Source: a virus (Duplodnaviria; Heunggongvirae; Uroviricota; Caudoviricetes). From it: a stretch of DNA of 64,000 nucleotides. This document shows, piece by piece, positions 61,932 through 64,000 of this stretch (the first letter of the stretch is position 1; every line of letters begins with the position of its first letter). Location of the stretch: the IMG/VR virus record IMGVR_UViG_2974538492_000001, positions 1-64,000 of that record; one strand, given 5' to 3'. The translations under genes and the position numbers were made by a program. The notes under the pieces are model-generated. The model was not told the DNA's origin and did no database searches. It worked only from the letters and a program-made list of their open reading frames with translations.

Positions 61932-62756
61932 ATGAATTCAGATGAACTACTACTAGCTCGTAAACTTTTAAACAATTTAACTATTGAAAATAGAAATTTT
62001 ATTGTAACTCGTGACCTATCACGCGATATCCCTTCTTATGAAGATTGTAGATATCCATCACATTTAATTAGTTGGCTACATTTAAATAATTTATTAGTAC
62101 TGTTAAGTAGCTACCCAATTGATGATGATGAACGTTATTTTATTGAAATTTTTAAAATTACTGATTTGGGTAGTACTATTACATGGTTTACTGAATTACT
62201 TGAACAATACAATAAAGGAATGGATGGGGAACACGAATTTAGATATACAGGAAAATTATTGTATACTATATTACATAACTTCAATGAACTAGAAGTAGAC
62301 CCTGTTATTCAATTAATAACTGATGAAGAAAAAGAAGCATATCAACATTTTTACCGTACCCAAGTTTGGGATTCGACCGTTAAAGAAACAAAGACTTATA
62401 CACGTGAAGAAGCATTACAAACAATTGAATTTAATAAAGGTTTACTTTCTATGTTTGAAATGTCAGTACTTTTAGGTGCACGTGGTACAGATCCTACCCG
62501 TACAAATAATTATGTTTTCAAAAAATGTATGGAAGAATTGGGTGAAATGGCAGTAGAAGATCAAATTGAAAATGGTCTTTCATATAAAGATGCTGGCAGT
62601 GATGGTGTTGCTGGTGAAGCTGTAGATCTTGCAATTTGTGCAATGGATATGTTTGCCTTGCAGTATGGACATTTAAATCCAGAAGAAATTCAAGAGAAGT
62701 TTATCATTTATATGAATAAAAAATTAAACAAATGGAAAAATACTTTAGGAAAATAA
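61932..62756 (+). CDS. Protein with C-terminal MazG-like NTP pyrophosphohydrolase domain, 274 aa
   Basis: MEELGEMAVEDQIENG...EAVDLAICAMDMFALQYG resembles the MazG EExxE / ExxD metal-binding helices. Confidence 0.6.
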   Translation: MNSDELLLARKLLNNLTIENRNFIVTRDLSRDIPSYEDCRYPSHLISWLHLNNLLVLLSSYPIDDDERYFIEIFKITDLGSTITWFTELLEQYNKGMDGEHEFRYTGKLLYTILHNFNELEVDPVIQLITDEEKEAYQHFYRTQVWDSTVKETKTYTREEALQTIEFNKGLLSMFEMSVLLGARGTDPTRTNNYVFKKCMEELGEMAVEDQIENGLSYKDAGSDGVAGEAVDLAICAMDMFALQYGHLNPEEIQEKFIIYMNKKLNKWKNTLGK

Positions 62757-62757
62757 T

Positions 62758-63033
62758 ATGACGGATCATACAACAACAAAAGCATTAACTGATGTTTTAG
62801 CAGAAATGAATTCCCAAGATGAAAAATGGGGGGCTGACAGAAATCAACATCCATTTTTATGGCACGTAATTCTAAGTGAAGAAGTAGGGGAAGTTGCTCA
62901 AGCGATTTTACATGATGAATTTGGTGGTGACCATGCTGGTACTGCACGAGAAGAACTTGTTCAAGTCGCTGCTGTGGCCTTGCAAATCATTGAACAGTAT
63001 GATAGACTACAAAAAGAAAATGAGGAAAAATAA
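62758..63033 (+). CDS. MazG-like nucleotide pyrophosphohydrolase, 91 aa
   Basis: LSEEVGEVAQAILHDEFGGDH...ELVQVAAVALQIIE; all-alpha NTP-PPase signature. Confidence 0.7.
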   Translation: MTDHTTTKALTDVLAEMNSQDEKWGADRNQHPFLWHVILSEEVGEVAQAILHDEFGGDHAGTAREELVQVAAVALQIIEQYDRLQKENEEK

Positions 63034-63302
63034 TGATAATTCGTCCAGTACATAATCATATAATTGCAAAAAAACATATAAATGAACCTAAAAGTGCTGG
63101 CGGGATTTTATTAACTGCAAGTGGTGAAGATGAATCAACCCATGCTGAAGTGTTAGCAATTGGTTCTGCATTTAAAGGTAATGTAAAAGTTGGTGATATT
63201 ATCACATATAGTGATGATAAACGTGTTCATACTGAAAAAATTGAGAATGAATATCTATTAATTATGCCAGAAGATTGTGTACTGGCAGTTATTGAAAAAT
63301 AA
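63033..63302 (+). CDS. GroES-type co-chaperonin (T4 gp31 functional analog or GroES homolog)
   Basis: IRPVHNHIIAKK...SAGGILLTASGEDESTHAEVLAIGS...VKVGDIITYSD...EYLLIMPEDCVLAVIEK follows the GroES pattern (GGIvl...geVvAvG...VkvGD.V...yl.l.e.DilAv.e). Confidence 0.8.
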   Translation: MIIRPVHNHIIAKKHINEPKSAGGILLTASGEDESTHAEVLAIGSAFKGNVKVGDIITYSDDKRVHTEKIENEYLLIMPEDCVLAVIEK

Positions 63303-63311
63303 GGTTATACA

Positions 63312-64000
63312 ATGCATCCAGTACTAGTAGAATTACAAAATCGTGGTCTAATTAATCAAAGTACTGATATTTCAGTACTATCTTCTTTACTTGACAATGG
63401 CTCATCAGTGTATTGTGGATTCGACCCAACTGCTGATTCATTGCATATTGGCAGTCTATTACCACTAATGACTATGAAAGTACTAAAAGAATATGGTGTT
63501 AATGTTATTGCACTAGTTGGTGGAGCAACAGGTCGTATTGGCGATCCAAGTTTTAAAGCTCAAGAAAGAAAATTGCTTGATGAAGCTATGGTAGAACATA
63601 ATATTGCAGGTATTACAACACTAATTCGAAGTTTTCTTGGTTCTGATACAGTTATTGTTAATAATTTTGATTGGACTAAAGATCTTTCAGTACTTGACTT
63701 TTTACGTATCTATGGTAAATGTTTTTCTGTTAATACTATGATTTCAAAAGAATCAGTTCGTTCTCGTATCGAACGACCAGATCAAGGTATTTCTTTTACC
63801 GAATTTACTTATCCAATTTTACAAGGTATGGATTTTGAACATCTATATAATGGTGGATGTGCCATTCAGATTGGTGGGTCAGATCAGTGGGGTAATATGA
63901 TTGCCGGAACAGATCTTATTCACAAAATGCATGGAAATGACAAGCAATGTGGTGTTATAACACTTCCATTATTACTAAAATCTGATGGTACTAAATTTGG
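63312..64000 (+). CDS. tyrS: Tyrosyl-tRNA synthetase, N-terminal catalytic domain; truncated at the window end
   Basis: YCGFDPTADSLHIGSL (HIGH motif), VIALVGGATGRIGDPSFKAQERKLL, GISFTEFTYPILQGMDF, IQIGGSDQWGNM and LLLKSDGTKFG are near-identical in pattern to E. coli TyrRS; RBS ataaggttatacaATG. Confidence 0.9.
   Translation, partial: MHPVLVELQNRGLINQSTDISVLSSLLDNGSSVYCGFDPTADSLHIGSLLPLMTMKVLKEYGVNVIALVGGATGRIGDPSFKAQERKLLDEAMVEHNIAGITTLIRSFLGSDTVIVNNFDWTKDLSVLDFLRIYGKCFSVNTMISKESVRSRIERPDQGISFTEFTYPILQGMDFEHLYNGGCAIQIGGSDQWGNMIAGTDLIHKMHGNDKQCGVITLPLLLKSDGTKF

Noticed and set aside
1-64000. Search for tRNA genes, CRISPR arrays and rRNA
   Set aside because: No GGTTCGAAT-type T-loops with matching acceptor stems were seen in the non-coding stretches (1-1080, 24473-25192). 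No regularly spaced direct repeats with unique spacers were seen. Nothing rRNA-like was seen. The repeated elements found are promoter or hairpin cassettes with non-uniform spacing, not CRISPR.

Overview
This window looks like the early, hyperplastic region of a T4-like (Tevenvirinae/Straboviridae-type) myovirus with low GC (roughly 33-35%). Coding is almost entirely on the plus strand, with short overlaps and translational coupling.

The window opens with about 1 kb of ORF-free regulatory DNA holding iteron-like direct repeats and several sigma70-like promoters. It then runs through dozens of small early genes. Most are preceded by a recurring promoter module: an AATTAAAATTAAAA UP-like tract, GTACTTGCA/GTACTTGAC at -35, TATAAT at -10, and a conserved leader TATATCGAAAACGGGAG. 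Others follow hairpin-plus-promoter (PeSL-like) cassettes. Two cassettes are followed by a ~110-130 nt element flanked by 28-bp inverted repeats.

The T4-core homologs I recognise are RNA ligase 1 (rnlA/gp63), polynucleotide kinase/phosphatase (pseT), ATP-dependent DNA ligase (gp30), dCMP deaminase (cd) and a GroES/gp31-like co-chaperonin. The accessory genes include an SPFH/prohibitin-like protein, two DNA adenine methyltransferases, two calcineurin-like phosphoesterases and a ClpP protease. A RelA/SpoT-type small alarmone hydrolase is translationally coupled to a putative nucleotidyltransferase. There is an NAD+ salvage pair (NadV Nampt plus NatV NMNAT-Nudix) with duplicated leaders. The nucleotide-centric set also has a 2H phosphoesterase (Acb1-like), a Sir2 deacetylase and a Nudix-CPR fusion, all contiguous, followed after a small secreted protein by PIN-PhoH, then two MazG-like proteins further downstream and a truncated tyrosyl-tRNA synthetase at the window edge.

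The two most unusual things I found are a tandem array of about ten divergent paralogs at 13.5-20.3 kb sharing an aromatic-FQ-x-[LM]-T motif, and a very large excess of the hexamer AGTACT throughout the window. No tRNA, rRNA or CRISPR array was detected by eye. Regulatory coordinates are approximate (within a few nt). CDS coordinates follow the supplied ORF track, with some starts moved to internal ATGs that have better ribosome-binding sites.
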